A stretch of 64,000 bases of DNA from contig NC_043018.1 in the NCBI RefSeq assembly GCF_006345805.1, positions 25,792,001 to 25,856,000 of the forward strand, read 5' to 3'. This document shows positions 1-11,975 of the stretch, in pieces. The DNA is from Octopus sinensis (taxonomy: Eukaryota). Positions within the stretch are counted from its first letter, which is position 1. Each line of letters starts with the position of its first letter. The notes under the pieces were generated by a model. The model was not told the origin of the DNA and did no database searches. It saw nothing but the letters and a program-made list of their open reading frames with translations. The position numbers and the translations under genes were made by a program.

Positions 1-219
1 GTCGTTGTTTCTTTTATTTTTCATGTTTGGATTACATATATATATATTATAGATATATATACATATATATATATAATATATATATAATATATATATTATA
101 TATATGTATTATAAATATGTGTATTATACTATTGGATATAATACGATATGATATATATATATATATATATAATATATATATATCGATATGTATATACACA
201 TTATAATATATAACATAGT

Positions 220-420
220 TTAATGTGCACAGTCTACAGTTGAGCTACTAATATTTTCATACATTGAAGATATCATCTAGGCGCATTTTCAAACACGCCG
301 ATTGTCTCCCAGTAATCTTTAGGCTCTTGAAGACACTAGACGTGTTTTAAAACCTGTCTAGATAATATCTCCAATGTATGTAACTATTAGTAACTCATAA
401 CTATTTACTGTGTACATTAA
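220..420. repeat. Imperfect inverted repeat (~95-bp arms), probably an old PLE-type fold-back
   Basis: ttaatgtgcacagt / actgtgtacattaa, tgagctactaata / tattagtaactca, catacattgaagatat / atatctccaatgtatg. Confidence 0.65.
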
Positions 421-576
421 GAAATATTTATCTCTCATCGGATAGAATACATTTTCGTTGATCTTTCCTTAACGAAAAAGTAAGCTTTTTTATAAGTCTA
501 TGCGTGTTTATATATACATATTATATATATATGTGTTATATATATATATAATATATATTATATGAGTGTGCATATG

Positions 577-614
<38 letters not shown>

Positions 615-1532
615 TATATATATATATATGTTGATGACAATGGACGATATGCGCATACAGAAATACTTTCCGCTGTTATTCATATTATCAGCCTGGGTAT
701 CCCGTGTGCAGGACGTTAGATTACTTATTGATGATGCAGGGAACCCACTGACTATTTTCCAACAAATACACACATGCATCTATGCATGTGTATGTGTGTG
801 TGCGTGTGTGTATAATGCATACATAATCATGTACATACAGTACACAAATGCATACGTATATTATACATGTGTGAGGGTATATATACGTGTGATAAATCTG
901 CACCTTTTATGCGTGATTGTGTGACATTTATATATATAAATATATGTATATGTGTTTGTAGGCATGTATCAGCCTGTATGGACAGATGTATTATGTATTT
1001 ACATGCTTGTATAAATGCGTATATATACGCGCATGTATACAACTCGGTAGACTTAGAAATTTAGTTATTTGCAGCCATTATTTCATGCAGCATTAATTCA
1101 TTGATAAATATTAAAATTGAAATTTTTTTCCTTTACGTTTTTTGTTTGTTTGTTTGTTTTTTTTTTCGACATTTTGTTTTTGTTGTTGCTTTACTCAACA
1201 AGTAATTCAATAAATTATCTTATTTTCGTATAATAAATCATCTTTGTACAATATTTGCCGATTCCATTTAGCCACGAACGATTCAAAATACAAATTTACC
1301 AAAAAAAAAAAAATCATTATTCAAGAAGCATTTTTAAAAACAAGCAAAGATTCCCAAACTATGCACGAAAACCAAAAAGAAAAATGTTGTTAATAAAGAC
1401 AAAATACTAAATATTGAGAAATAAAATTTGGAAAAACTGCATTTTCAAGAAATTTCAATAATTTTCATCCTTTTTATAGACAGAACAAAAATATAATTTA
1501 TAAAATAACCTAAAGAATATCGCCATAAGAAA

Positions 1533-1562
1533 TCTCACCTCACCCAATCCGCCATCTTAGGT
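1533..1562 (-). other. Candidate first coding exon or start of a minus-strand host gene (MADW...)
   Basis: Minus strand: ctAAGATGGCGGATTGG|GTGAG|GTGAGA. A YY1/Kozak-type AAGATGGCGG overlaps the ATG at 1555-1553, followed by two donor-like GTGAG motifs in non-repetitive sequence. Confidence 0.35.
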
Positions 1563-2073
1563 TAGTATTGATTTCTGTATCACAGGCAAAATACTAAATA
1601 TGTATATATAATCCGTTCATCTTTTATTCTGCTATTCTGGGGTTTTGGGGGATTTTTGTTTTGTTTCTTTTTTTTTAATAGTTTCATGTAAACGAAGAAT
1701 GATTTAACTCCTTGTCCAAAATTTAACGCCCACATCGGACAACGCACCCAATTTGCAACGGGATAGAGGAATTATTAATAACGTAAACATATGTAGAAAT
1801 ATTTGATTCGTATGTGGTCGGATTGGATTGAATCGATAAATGTTCTGTTTCTTAAAAGTTACCAACCGTTGTGTCCGATGTTCGTATCTTCTATTCTGTC
1901 ACTATCACTACCTCGGTGCTGTTAATGCAGTGAAGCATGATCTTGTTGCCGTTGCTTCGTCCTCGGCCAGCCGTATGCCAGTAAATGCACATTCTTACAC
2001 TCATACACAGTACATACATACATACATACACACTTCTACATACATATGACATACATACATATTCTTACACAGT

Positions 2074-2117
<44 letters not shown>

Positions 2118-2119
2118 TA

Positions 2120-2172
<53 letters not shown>

Positions 2173-2357
2173 TAGTTGAATGAATTATCTTAGTATGGAT
2201 AATTCGGTTAACCGATACCCGGGTAGCAATTTTACGTCAGAAAGCACGGTTGAAGCTACATGCTAAGGGCAGGAATCACGTGCCTTCGTGTGGAAATTTG
2301 TGTGTTTTTTTACTATAGATAAATGAAAGAATGGAGTCGAACGACGATTTAACAAAA

Positions 2358-2456
2358 TTCCTTTATTCTCGACACATGTTTCGAAGACTACATATTCTTA
2401 ATTCCGAATGAATAAAGGGTGCATTATGCCGTCTTCTCATCAGGAAAGACAAGGAA
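2358..2456 (-). ncRNA. Type I hammerhead ribozyme with long stem II
   Basis: ttccttgtctttc CTGATGA gaagac...gtcttc GAAA catgt GTC gagaataaaggaa. 6-bp stem II base, palindromic acatgt stem III, and stem I of 4 bp, a 3x3 internal loop and 6 bp. Confidence 0.85.
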
Positions 2457-2552
2457 CTTATGTCAGCTTCATGACGAACAATGATATTATCACTATGGAC
2501 TCCGTGTGGGCAGTCATCTAAAAGTTTTTGTTCGTCATGATGCTGACATAAG

Positions 2553-2648
2553 TTCCTTGTCTTTCCTGATGAGAAGACATAATGCACCCTTTATTCCTTC
2601 GGAATTAAGAATATGCAGTCTTCGAAACATGTGTCGACAATAAAAGAA
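2553..2648 (+). ncRNA. Type I hammerhead ribozyme, inverted partner of 2358-2456
   Basis: CTGATGA (2566-2572), gaagac...gtcttc, GAAA (2624-2627), catgt, GTC (2633-2635). Stem I is weakened by substitutions. Confidence 0.75.
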
Positions 2649-2704
2649 TTTTGTTAAATCGTCGTTCGACTCCATTCTTTCATTTATCTATATATATATA
2701 TATA

Positions 2705-3029
2705 TATACATGTACTTGTGGCGACATTCACCCTGGGTGGGTTGAGTCGGCTTCTTCTCATGGAAGATGTTTCGTGGGAATATGTGAATTTCACAAGTGG
2801 TCCCCAACAATCCTGCAGATTGTCCGCAGACGCAGGGACAGAACACACGAGGAGCCTCCGGTTGCCGAAGCGGACACTCCGAGGATTTTCACCGTCTGCT
2901 GGGTTGTGGCCCTAATGCCACTCGGTGTCAGACCAATCCGCCTTGGGTGACCTTACCAGGAACCGAAATTCCCGACGGCATAGCTCTGACACTACCCGTT
3001 GCCAGCGTTCCCACCACGGTGAGGAGGGG

Positions 3030-3030
<1 letters not shown>
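2705..3030 (+). mobile_element. Possible RTE-type LINE 5'UTR fragment
   Basis: GC-richer island between (TA)n tracts. gggtgaccttaccagga..cccgacggcatagctc..cccaccacggtgagg resembles RTE 5'UTRs from recall only. Confidence 0.35.
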
Positions 3031-3062
<32 letters not shown>

Positions 3063-3339
3063 ATAGAAGATTGTGATACAACAAGGCACCAATGTTTGCT
3101 GGAAATAGCAGTCGATAAAAAGTACGAAGCTATGTAAAGCTTCACTGGCAAAGATGTGTGCGGACAACGAATATAAAAAGTTTCGTTTTACAACTAGTAA
3201 GAACACCGGATCGATGAACAGTCTAGAATGGATAATCTAGTAATCGAATTTCGCCGCAGGTTTTCGAACACACGACTTTACGACTGTGAACCGAATGCCC
3301 TAACCAACATGTCAACGCGCCTTCACATACAGCCAGACA

Positions 3340-3565
3340 GACATACATATAAACATCATACATACATGCAAATACACACATACTGACATAAATACATAAA
3401 TACAAACACACAAACATACAGGCATACAATTATACATACATACATACATACATACATACTTACATACATACATACACACACACATATATATACATACATA
3501 CATAAATACATACATATATATATACATACATACATGGAATCAAACATACTTGCATACATACATAC

Positions 3566-3604
<39 letters not shown>

Positions 3605-3618
3605 CATACATACATACA

Positions 3619-3652
<34 letters not shown>

Positions 3653-3740
3653 CATACACACACACATATACATGCATACATACCTATTTACATACATACA
3701 TAAACACATACATACATTCATAGATACATACATATTAGAT
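3340..3740. repeat. (TACA)n microsatellite
   Basis: Direct inspection. Confidence 0.95.
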
Positions 3741-3832
3741 GTTAACAAGTAAGCAGTATTGGTTCCGTATATATCTTAAAGTGGATATATAATAAAAAGC
3801 CACAAAACTGTATTACTGGTCTTGAGAAAGTT

Positions 3833-3917
3833 TCCTGTATGGACGTACTGTGGTAAAAAAATCACAGATGTATATCAGTAGCAGGGGAAAATCGTCCAGT
3901 AGCGGGGGTGGAATTTC
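3833..3917 (+). repeat. Dispersed ~85-bp repeat, second copy at 10115-10202
   Basis: ttcctgtatggacgtactgtggtaaaaaaatcacagatg..gggggtggaatttcta. Confidence 0.8.
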
Positions 3918-4425
3918 TAAATCATGATTTCTGTTACTCTTGACGTTATCAGTAGGAAACAACCACTCATCAACCGCAAATTTCGTCTCTGCTGGTATAG
4001 AAGAAACAAATCAGTGATTAACAAGTCATTGGTATCGCAAATAGCTGCTGGGGCTAAATTTGTTGAAGCATTTAGTTACTGGCGGATACTAATTGCCATT
4101 GAGTCAACCGAACCAGCGAGAAGTGATGGGAAACAAACAAAAACTCCAAGACACACACACATAACACACACACAACCACGCTTACACAAATACAAACAAA
4201 TACACACAAATTCCCAGGGATACACACACACACACACATATATATATATACACACACACACACTTATATCATAAAAGTCTTCTTGATTCTGTTTGTATCT
4301 AAGCACAAGCGTTAGTCTCCTCTCTCTCTCTCTTTCTTTCTTTCTCCCTCTCTCTTTTTCTCTCCGTATATATATGTAATATATATATATATATATATAT
4401 ATTATAATATATATATATATATATA

Positions 4426-4832
4426 CGCAGGAGTGGCTGTGTAGTAAGTAGCTTGCTAAACAACCACATGGGTTCTGGGTTCAGTCCCACTGCGTGGCAC
4501 CTTGGGCAAGTATCTTCTGCTATAGCCCCGGGCCGACCAATGCCTTGTGAGTGGATTTGGTAGACGGAAACTGAAGGAGCCTGTCGTATATATGCAAATA
4601 TATATATATGTATGTGTGTGTGTTTGTGTGTCTGTGTTTGTCCCCCTAGCATTGCTTGACAACCGATGCTGGTGTGTTTACGTCCCCGTCATTAGCGGTT
4701 CGACAAAGAGACTGATAGAATAAGTACTGGGCTTACAAAGAATAAGTCCCGGGGTCGATTTGCTCGACTAAAGGCGGTGCTCCAGCATGGCCGCAGTCAA
4801 ATGACTGAAACAAGTAAAAGTGAGTAAAAGAG
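4426..4832 (+). mobile_element. tRNA-derived SINE family A, full length
   Basis: A box ggctgtgtagtaag, B box gggttcagtccc, central TA/GT microsatellite, gactgaaacaagtaaaag tail. Confidence 0.9.
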
Positions 4833-4993
4833 TATACATATATATGTATATCAACACACACCATATTTGTATTAACAAAGTTTTGTATATATGTATATGT
4901 ATACGTATTGCGTGTGTATATGTGTGTGTGTGAGTGTTTTAACGCATATGAAATATTATATCATATTATACACACGCAACATATATATACGTC

Positions 4994-5031
<38 letters not shown>

Positions 5032-5064
5032 CTTTATTTTAAGCAGCAGAAAATTCAACAAAAT

Positions 5065-5102
5065 CTGTTACTCTGAGTTTCTCGTTGCCGTTCATCAGAC
5101 AG
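5065..5102 (-). ncRNA. Type I minimal hammerhead ribozyme (PLE pLTR)
   Basis: Minus strand: ctgt CTGATGA a cg gcaa cg a GAAA ctcaga GTA acag. Stem I ctgt/acag and a GUA cleavage triplet. Confidence 0.75.
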
Positions 5103-6102
5103 TTTTTGCTAGAATGGAACTGATATATCAATTCAATCTATACTCTTACAAACGCTACACCTTTAAACAGAAATGGACTTGTTTGATTGGCCCTTTAGAA
5201 AAAACGGTCAATCTTCGAGCGATAAACAAAAAGGTCAAAAATATATGTATATATATATAAAAAACTTATAAAAATTATAAAATCCGTGGAAAAAACCTAT
5301 TGACGTTAATGAAGACAGTGCAAATTAATGCATAGAAATTAAACCTGTTATAAATACTGCAATACATATTTATATTAAAATCTACATATATATATCAACA
5401 TAACAAAAGGATGCGCGTAAACGCCATACATACATATACAGACGTATGAATATAAATCTAAATATACACATAAAAGCATGTGTACATATATTCACGCAAA
5501 CCGTCTCGCACGCAAGCTAAAATTCATCTATGTAGCAATTCTCATATACTGAGCAAGGAGGGGGAACGAAAGAAAGGGAGAGAGAGAAAAAGGAACGAAG
5601 GAGGGGTGGGGAAGAAAACGAAATAAGAAAAAAAGAAAAAATGAAAAAAGAAAAAAATTATGTATACAAGCAGTGTAACGGTGTTATTGGCATCTATAGA
5701 GACCAGTATACATACACAAGTTTGAATGGATACATATACATACCGTCGTGTATACTTTGACTTACACATACACAGATACGCATGCTTACAAATACATATG
5801 CTTTGCTATACACATACTTATATAAACATTCTAATTTTGACAACATTGCTTTTTTTTTAAAAACATTGCTTTTAAAAATGGGTGCATTAATAAAAAATAT
5901 ATACGAAAGACATATAAAATAAAATATAACATCCTATTTTGGGTCATTTATAAATAATCAAGGTAATATAAATAATCAAGGTAATCCTATGCAATACAAT
6001 AACATGAAAACAAAGTTTGTAGGTTTTTCCTAATATATATGTAGAAACATAAGACTTTGCTATACGGATTAAGATCCGCATAGCTTGGAACCAAAAACAA
6101 AA

Positions 6103-8040
6103 GCCTTCGAGAAAGACCTTTTCGAGCTTATTAGGAAAATTAAATTCCGCAAATATACCAACCAATTGCAGACAAATATGAGAGAAAACATTAAGGAGAT
6201 TAACGACTCGAATAAGATCTTCGTTAATTCTGACAAGACAAGGAACTTATATGCACTTGATAAGGACGTTTATAAACGCCTGATTTCGAATAGTGTCACG
6301 GACACATACAAAAAGACAACACGAATATACAAAGAGGTGAACTTAGAAGCAAGAGGAATAGCTAACGACTTAAGATTAGCGATAGGATTGAATACCTTTC
6401 ACCACGACCAGCTTTTTTTATTACTCTGAAAGACCATAAAGCCATTTAGTAGAAACCCCAAATGTAGATTGATAAATCCGGCTAAAACTGAGATAGGAAT
6501 TATTAGCAAAAATATTTTGGACCGTATTTTAGTTAAGTTAGATAGTGAAGTAGACTTGAGAATTTGGAAGAATAGTAAGTCAGTTATAGAGTGGTTTAAA
6601 GGTATTAGCTATAAGAATAATTGTAGTTTCACACAATTCGACATTATTGACTTTTACCCGTCAATATCTAGGACGTTGCTCCTAAGGGCATTGGACTTCG
6701 CCAAGCAGTATGTCAACATCGATAGCTCGGAAATTGAAATTATTATGCATGCGAGGAAATCGCTTCTTTTTTTCGAGGATTCCACCTGGATTAAGAAGAC
6801 TGAGGATTCTCTTTTCGATGTACCGATGGGGGCATACGACGGGGCTGAATTATGTATGCTCATAGGAGCCTTTATTCTCCATAATCTAAAAAATAGAATT
6901 CCCATTTATAGATGCAGGTTTATATAGGGATGACGGCCTTATAGCCACGCATAATCTAAACGGCCATGAATCTTAGGAAGGACCTTATAGCTTTCTTTCA
7001 AAGGATGGGCTTACGGGTTACGATAGATGCTAACCTGAATAGTGTAGATTTTTTAGACGTAAATTTTAATGCAAGATCGGATAGATTTAAACTTTCCGTA
7101 AGCCCAATGAAAAGCTATCGTATATTAGCAAAGATTCGAACCATCCACCAGTTATCCTTAGGAACTTAGTCAGCAATGTAGGTAGAAGAATATCTTCAAT
7201 TTCTTCGGACGAGGCAGCATTCCATAATGCTGCACCTTATTACGATAGCGCATTAAAGAATAGTGGATTCTCTGAGAAGATCCAGTTCAACCAGCTTAAT
7301 GCTGATAATAATGCTGCACGAAGAACTAGGACCAGGAAAGTTTGTGGTTCAACCCGGCTTTCAATTTGGCCGTAAAGACTAATATAGGGGAGGAATTTTT
7401 TGAGATTAGTCTCTAAGCATTTTAAGCAGGGTCATAAATTCTACAGAATATTTAATAGAAGAACCCTGAAGGTTAGCTATTCTTGTTGCAGAAATTTCGC
7501 CTCTTACATTAGCCAACATAATAGGAAGCTAATTGAGATTAGACATGGTGCCGAGCCCATTAAGAAATGTAATTTCAAAAACGAAAGCTCCTGTCCGTTA
7601 GAAGGAAATGTCTAGTGAAGGAGTAGTAGTTTATAGAGCCAAGGTGCAAGTGGAAGGCTCATCGGAATACAAGACATACACAGGGGCTTCAGAAAATTCA
7701 TTTAAAACAAGATTTTATTCTCATAGAAATTCATTTAAATACCCAGAGAATAGGAAGAAAACCAGCCTAGCAAAATATGTCTGGGAACTAAAAGAAAAGG
7801 AAGCCCCACCTTTCAACGTGACATGGAGCATTCTGGACAGGGCGGCACCATACAGGCATGGAGCTTACAAAAATAATTTCAAGTGCAGACTTTTGTCTAT
7901 TAGAAAAAATGTACATCTTATTCAAAGACAATAATTCTTTGAATCAAAGAAGTGAGTTAATGAACTTATGTAGGCACGCGGCTAAATTTAAAATGTCGAA
8001 TATAAAATACCATATGGATAGAGGATATATTTTGTATTTT
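6103..8040 (+). pseudogene. Frameshifted PLE reverse transcriptase plus C-terminal GIY-YIG endonuclease
   Basis: Motifs across ORF pieces: FEKDLFELIRKIKF, SDKTRNLY, INPAKTEIG, QFDIIDFYPSI, FDVPMGAYDGAELC, YRDDG (6923-6937, shifted frame), VDFLDV, KVSYSC, VVYRAKV..KTYTGASENSFKTRFYSH, LNQRSELMNLCRHAAKF. Several frameshifts. Confidence 0.93.
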
Positions 8041-9094
8041 TGATTTTTGATTTTTGATTTTGACTCTTGAGCGCTACGATGGATTTTGATTTTGTTTTTG
8101 GTTCCAAGCTATGCGGATCTTAATCCGTATAGCAAAGTCTTATGTTTCTACATATATATTAGGAAAAACCTACAAACTTTGTTTTCATGTTATGTATTGC
8201 ATAGGATTACCTTGATTATTTATATACCTTGATTATTATAAATGACCCAAAATAGGATGTTATATTTTATTTATATGTCTTTCGTATATATTTTATTAAT
8301 GCACCCATTTTTAAAAGCAATGTTTTTAAAAAAAAAGCAATGTTGTCAAAATTAGAATGTTTATATAAGTATGTGTATAGCAAAGCATATGTATTTGTAA
8401 GCATGCGTATCTGTGTATGTGTAAGTGAAAGTATGTTTGTGCTTAAGCACACATATACAAGACGGTATGTATATGTATCCATTCAAACTTGTGTATGTAT
8501 ACTGGTCTCTATAGATGCCAATAACACCGTTACACTGCTTGTATACATAATTTTTTTCTTTTTTCTTTTTTTCTTATTTCGTTTTCTTCCCCACCCTCCT
8601 TCGTTCCTTTTTCTCTCTCTCCCTTTCTTTCGTTCCCCCTCCTTGCTCAGTATATGAGAATTGCTACATAGATGAATTTTAGCTTGCGTGCGAGACGGTT
8701 TGCGTGAATATATGTACACATGCTTTTATGTGTATATTTAGATTTATATTCATACGTCTGTATATGTATGTATGGCGTTTACGCGCATCCTTTTGTGTAT
8801 GTTGATATATATATGTAGATTTAATATAAATATGTATTGCAGTATTTATAACAGGTTTAATTTCTATGCATTAATTTGCACTGTCTTCATTAACGTCAAT
8901 AGGTTTTTTCCTCGGATTTTATAATTTTTATAAGTTTTTATATATATATACATATATTTTTGACCCTTTTGTTTATCGCTCGAAGATTGACCGTTTTTTC
9001 TAAAGGGCCAATCAAACAAGTCCATTTCTGTTTAAAGGTGTAGCGTTTGTAAGAGTATAGATGAATTGATATATCAGTTCCATTCTAGCAAAAA

Positions 9095-9132
9095 CTGTCT
9101 GATGAACGGCAACGAGAAACTCAGAGTAACAG
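9095..9132 (+). ncRNA. Type I minimal hammerhead ribozyme (PLE pLTR)
   Basis: ctgt CTGATGA a cg gcaa cg a GAAA ctcaga GTA acag, identical to the 5065-5102 copy. Confidence 0.75.
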
Positions 9133-9234
9133 ATTTTGTTGAATTTTCTGCTGCTTAAAATAAAGCATATTACTCTACCAGGTATTTGAGTACTCTTTTT
9201 TCCACCTTGTTTCACATTTATGTGTTTACTCCGG

Positions 9235-9269
<35 letters not shown>

Positions 9270-9744
9270 CATACATACATATATTATTATTATTATATTA
9301 TTATTATTATTATATTATTCCTCCTCTCCCTTACTCCTCTTTCACTCCCTGTTTCTGTTTTTCTAAAACTCACTCTCATTGTTTATCTCACTCACTCTCC
9401 TCTCACTTTTTTTCACTCATACTCTCTCTCTCTCGCTTTCTTCTCCTCTCTATCTCCCTCTCTCTCACTCTCTCACCCGCTCTCTCCCATTTTCACTCAG
9501 TCTCTCATTCTTTCTCCCCCACTGTTCTCTCTCTGTGTCTCTGTTTCTCACTCTCTCTCTCTCTCTCTCTCTCTGTTACTTCCTCTCGCCTCATTCTCTC
9601 TCTATATATATACCATATCTACATCATATTTTTCTGTGCCATATTTATACCATATATTTAGTGTAGCGATTCTTTACCATATATTCTTATTTACCTTATA
9701 ATTATGTAAGGAAATGTGTTTAAATGAACGGATATTTGTTTATA

Positions 9745-9930
9745 TAAGAAAACCATCTATATTAATATTAAAACATCACACTCATATTTAATAAACCGAA
9801 TCAATTATTGCATTCCATTTGATCCACTCCGATCATAAACAGCCGTTAATGATAAAGATGATGTTTGAACAGAAATTGATCTAGCAACTGTGAAACTTCA
9901 TAACAAATTTTCACCAAGAAAAACTATTAC
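9745..9930 (+). repeat. Dispersed ~190-bp repeat, second copy at about 11140-11315
   Basis: tttgatccact..gatcataaacagccgttaatg..gtttgaacagaaat. Confidence 0.75.
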
Positions 9931-10300
9931 AACGGTTTATGTGTGTAGCATTATACACAGCAGAAATAATTGTAGCATTTGGTGTGTTGTTCACCGCTGG
10001 AATAATACTTTGGGTATGATCTAAATTTACGTAGCTGCGGAAATCATTCTCTGCCTGTTTGTCAGTGTTCTTTTTCGTCGGATGGAGTGTTAAAAGCGTA
10101 TCGATCCCGAAAATATTCCTGTATGGACGTACTGTGGTAAAAAAATCACAGATGTATATCAGTAGCAGGGGAAAATCGTCCAATAGCGGGGGTGGAATTT
10201 CTATTCAGACAGCTATTTAATGGACATTGAATAAAGATTAAGGAAAATTTTGTTGTGTCTGAGGGGACTCATACTGCCTTAATATCTAGCACATTTCAAA

Positions 10301-10525
10301 GCGGCGAGCTGGCAGAAACGTTAGCACGCCGGGCGAAATGCTTAGCGGTATTTCGTCTGACGCTACGTTCTGAGTTCAAATTCCGCCGAGGTCGACTTTG
10401 CTTTCATCCTTTCGAGGTCGATTAAATAAGTACCAGTTATGCACTGAGGTCGATGTAATAATCCGTTTGTCTATCCTTGTTTGTCCCCTCTGTATTTAGC
10501 CCCTTGTGGGTAGTAAAGAAATAGG
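10301..10525 (+). mobile_element. tRNA-derived SINE family B
   Basis: gcggcgagctggcagaa..gagttcaaattcc..catcctttcg.ggtcgat..aagtaccagtt..gtagtaaagaaatagg. Confidence 0.88.
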
Positions 10526-10700
10526 AATATTTCTGCGGCTCCGGCAGAAGGTAATGGCGAACTTCTGCTGACTCTTTCGCCACACCTTTCTCTCACTCTT
10601 TCCTCCTGCATCTTGCAGCTCACCTGCGACGGACCGGCGTCCCATCTAGGTGGGGAACCTATACGCCAAGGAAACCGAGAAACCGGCCCTATCTATATAC

Positions 10701-10809
10701 AACAGGCTTCTTTTCGTTTCCGTCTGCCAAATCCACTCACAAGGCCACGCAGTAGGACTGAATTTGTAACCGTGTGGTTCCGAAACACATTTCTTACCAC
10801 ACAGCCATG
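10701..10809 (-). mobile_element. SINE family A, deleted 5' part
   Basis: aaatccactcacaagg..cttaccacacagcc. Confidence 0.7.
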
Positions 10810-10894
10810 ATATTCTGTTTGTGTGTGTGTGTGTGTACATTGCGTATATGGTTTTTCGATGCGAGATCGGCAACTGTGTGTCGCTTAAAGAATG

Positions 10895-11141
<247 letters not shown>

Positions 11142-11493
11142 CTATGTAGTTAAATTATTGCATTCATATTTAATAAAACAAGTCAATTATTGGTTGCGTT
11201 TGATCCACTTTGATCATAAACAGCCGTTAATGTCAGGGATGACGTTTGAACAGAAATAGATCTTAGCAAATGCGAAGCTTCGTAATGAATAAATCTTCAC
11301 CAAAAACCTACGACAAGAATATCTCTTTAAGTTATGCGCCCACCTGAAAATGTTGTTGTTGGAAGCGGAAAATATTTTTTAAATATTTAATTGCTGGAAA
11401 CGTAGATATTCCACGGAGTAAGCAGCCTCTAGAGTAATCTTTTATTATTTCGTTCTTTTATTCTTTTACTTGTTTCAGTCATTTGACACAACG

Positions 11494-11652
11494 TAACCGC
11501 GTGGTAAGAAACTTGCTTCACACCCAAATGGTTCCAGGTTCAATCTCACTGCGTGGCAACTTGGACAAGTGTCTTCTATTATAGCGTCGGGCCGACCAAA
11601 GTCTTGTGAGTGGATTTGGTAGACAGAAACTGAATGAAGACCCGTCGAATAT
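11494..11652 (+). mobile_element. SINE family A, 5' half
   Basis: Homology to 4426-4590. Confidence 0.75.
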
Positions 11653-11779
11653 ATATAGTTATATTTTTGTTTATTATTTTGTCAGCGCTGTGAAGTGCTC
11701 GGGTGGACAAACTGAGACATTAGATATACATTATATTTAAAAGGAGAATGCAGGTAGGTTGAACAATTTAGAATAATTA

Positions 11780-11975
11780 AAACGTTAGCACGCAGGGCGA
11801 AATGCTTAGCGGCATTTCGTCTGTCTTTGCGCTCTGCGTTCAAATTCAGCAGAGGTCGACTTTGCCTTTCATCCTTTCGGGGTCGATAAATTAATTACCA
11901 GTTGCGTACTGGGATCGATGTAATCGACTGGCTCCTCCCCAATAATTTCGGGCCTTGTGCCTAGAGTAGAAAAGG
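11780..11975 (+). mobile_element. SINE family B, variant tail
   Basis: Homology to 10301-10460. Confidence 0.8.

Larger units (their letters stand above)
2171..2692 (-). mobile_element. Non-autonomous PLE-type fold-back element (inverted pLTR pair plus tail)
   Basis: Inverted arms 2314-2481 and 2528-2692 around a ~45-bp loop. The left arm continues as a ~140-bp unpaired tail. (TA)n on both sides. Confidence 0.75.
5032..9234 (+). mobile_element. Penelope-like retroelement, 5'-truncated, with an inverted upstream pLTR (5032-6102) and a downstream pLTR plus tail (8090-9234)
   Basis: 5032-6102 is the near-perfect reverse complement of 8090-9165. An RT plus GIY-YIG pseudo-ORF lies between the arms. 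Each arm has one HHR, and both ends abut (TA)n. Confidence 0.92.

Noticed and set aside
9911-10183. ORF or possible TM-like exon
   Set aside because: Both ends overlap dispersed repeats (9745-9930 and 10115-10202) and there is no homology evidence.
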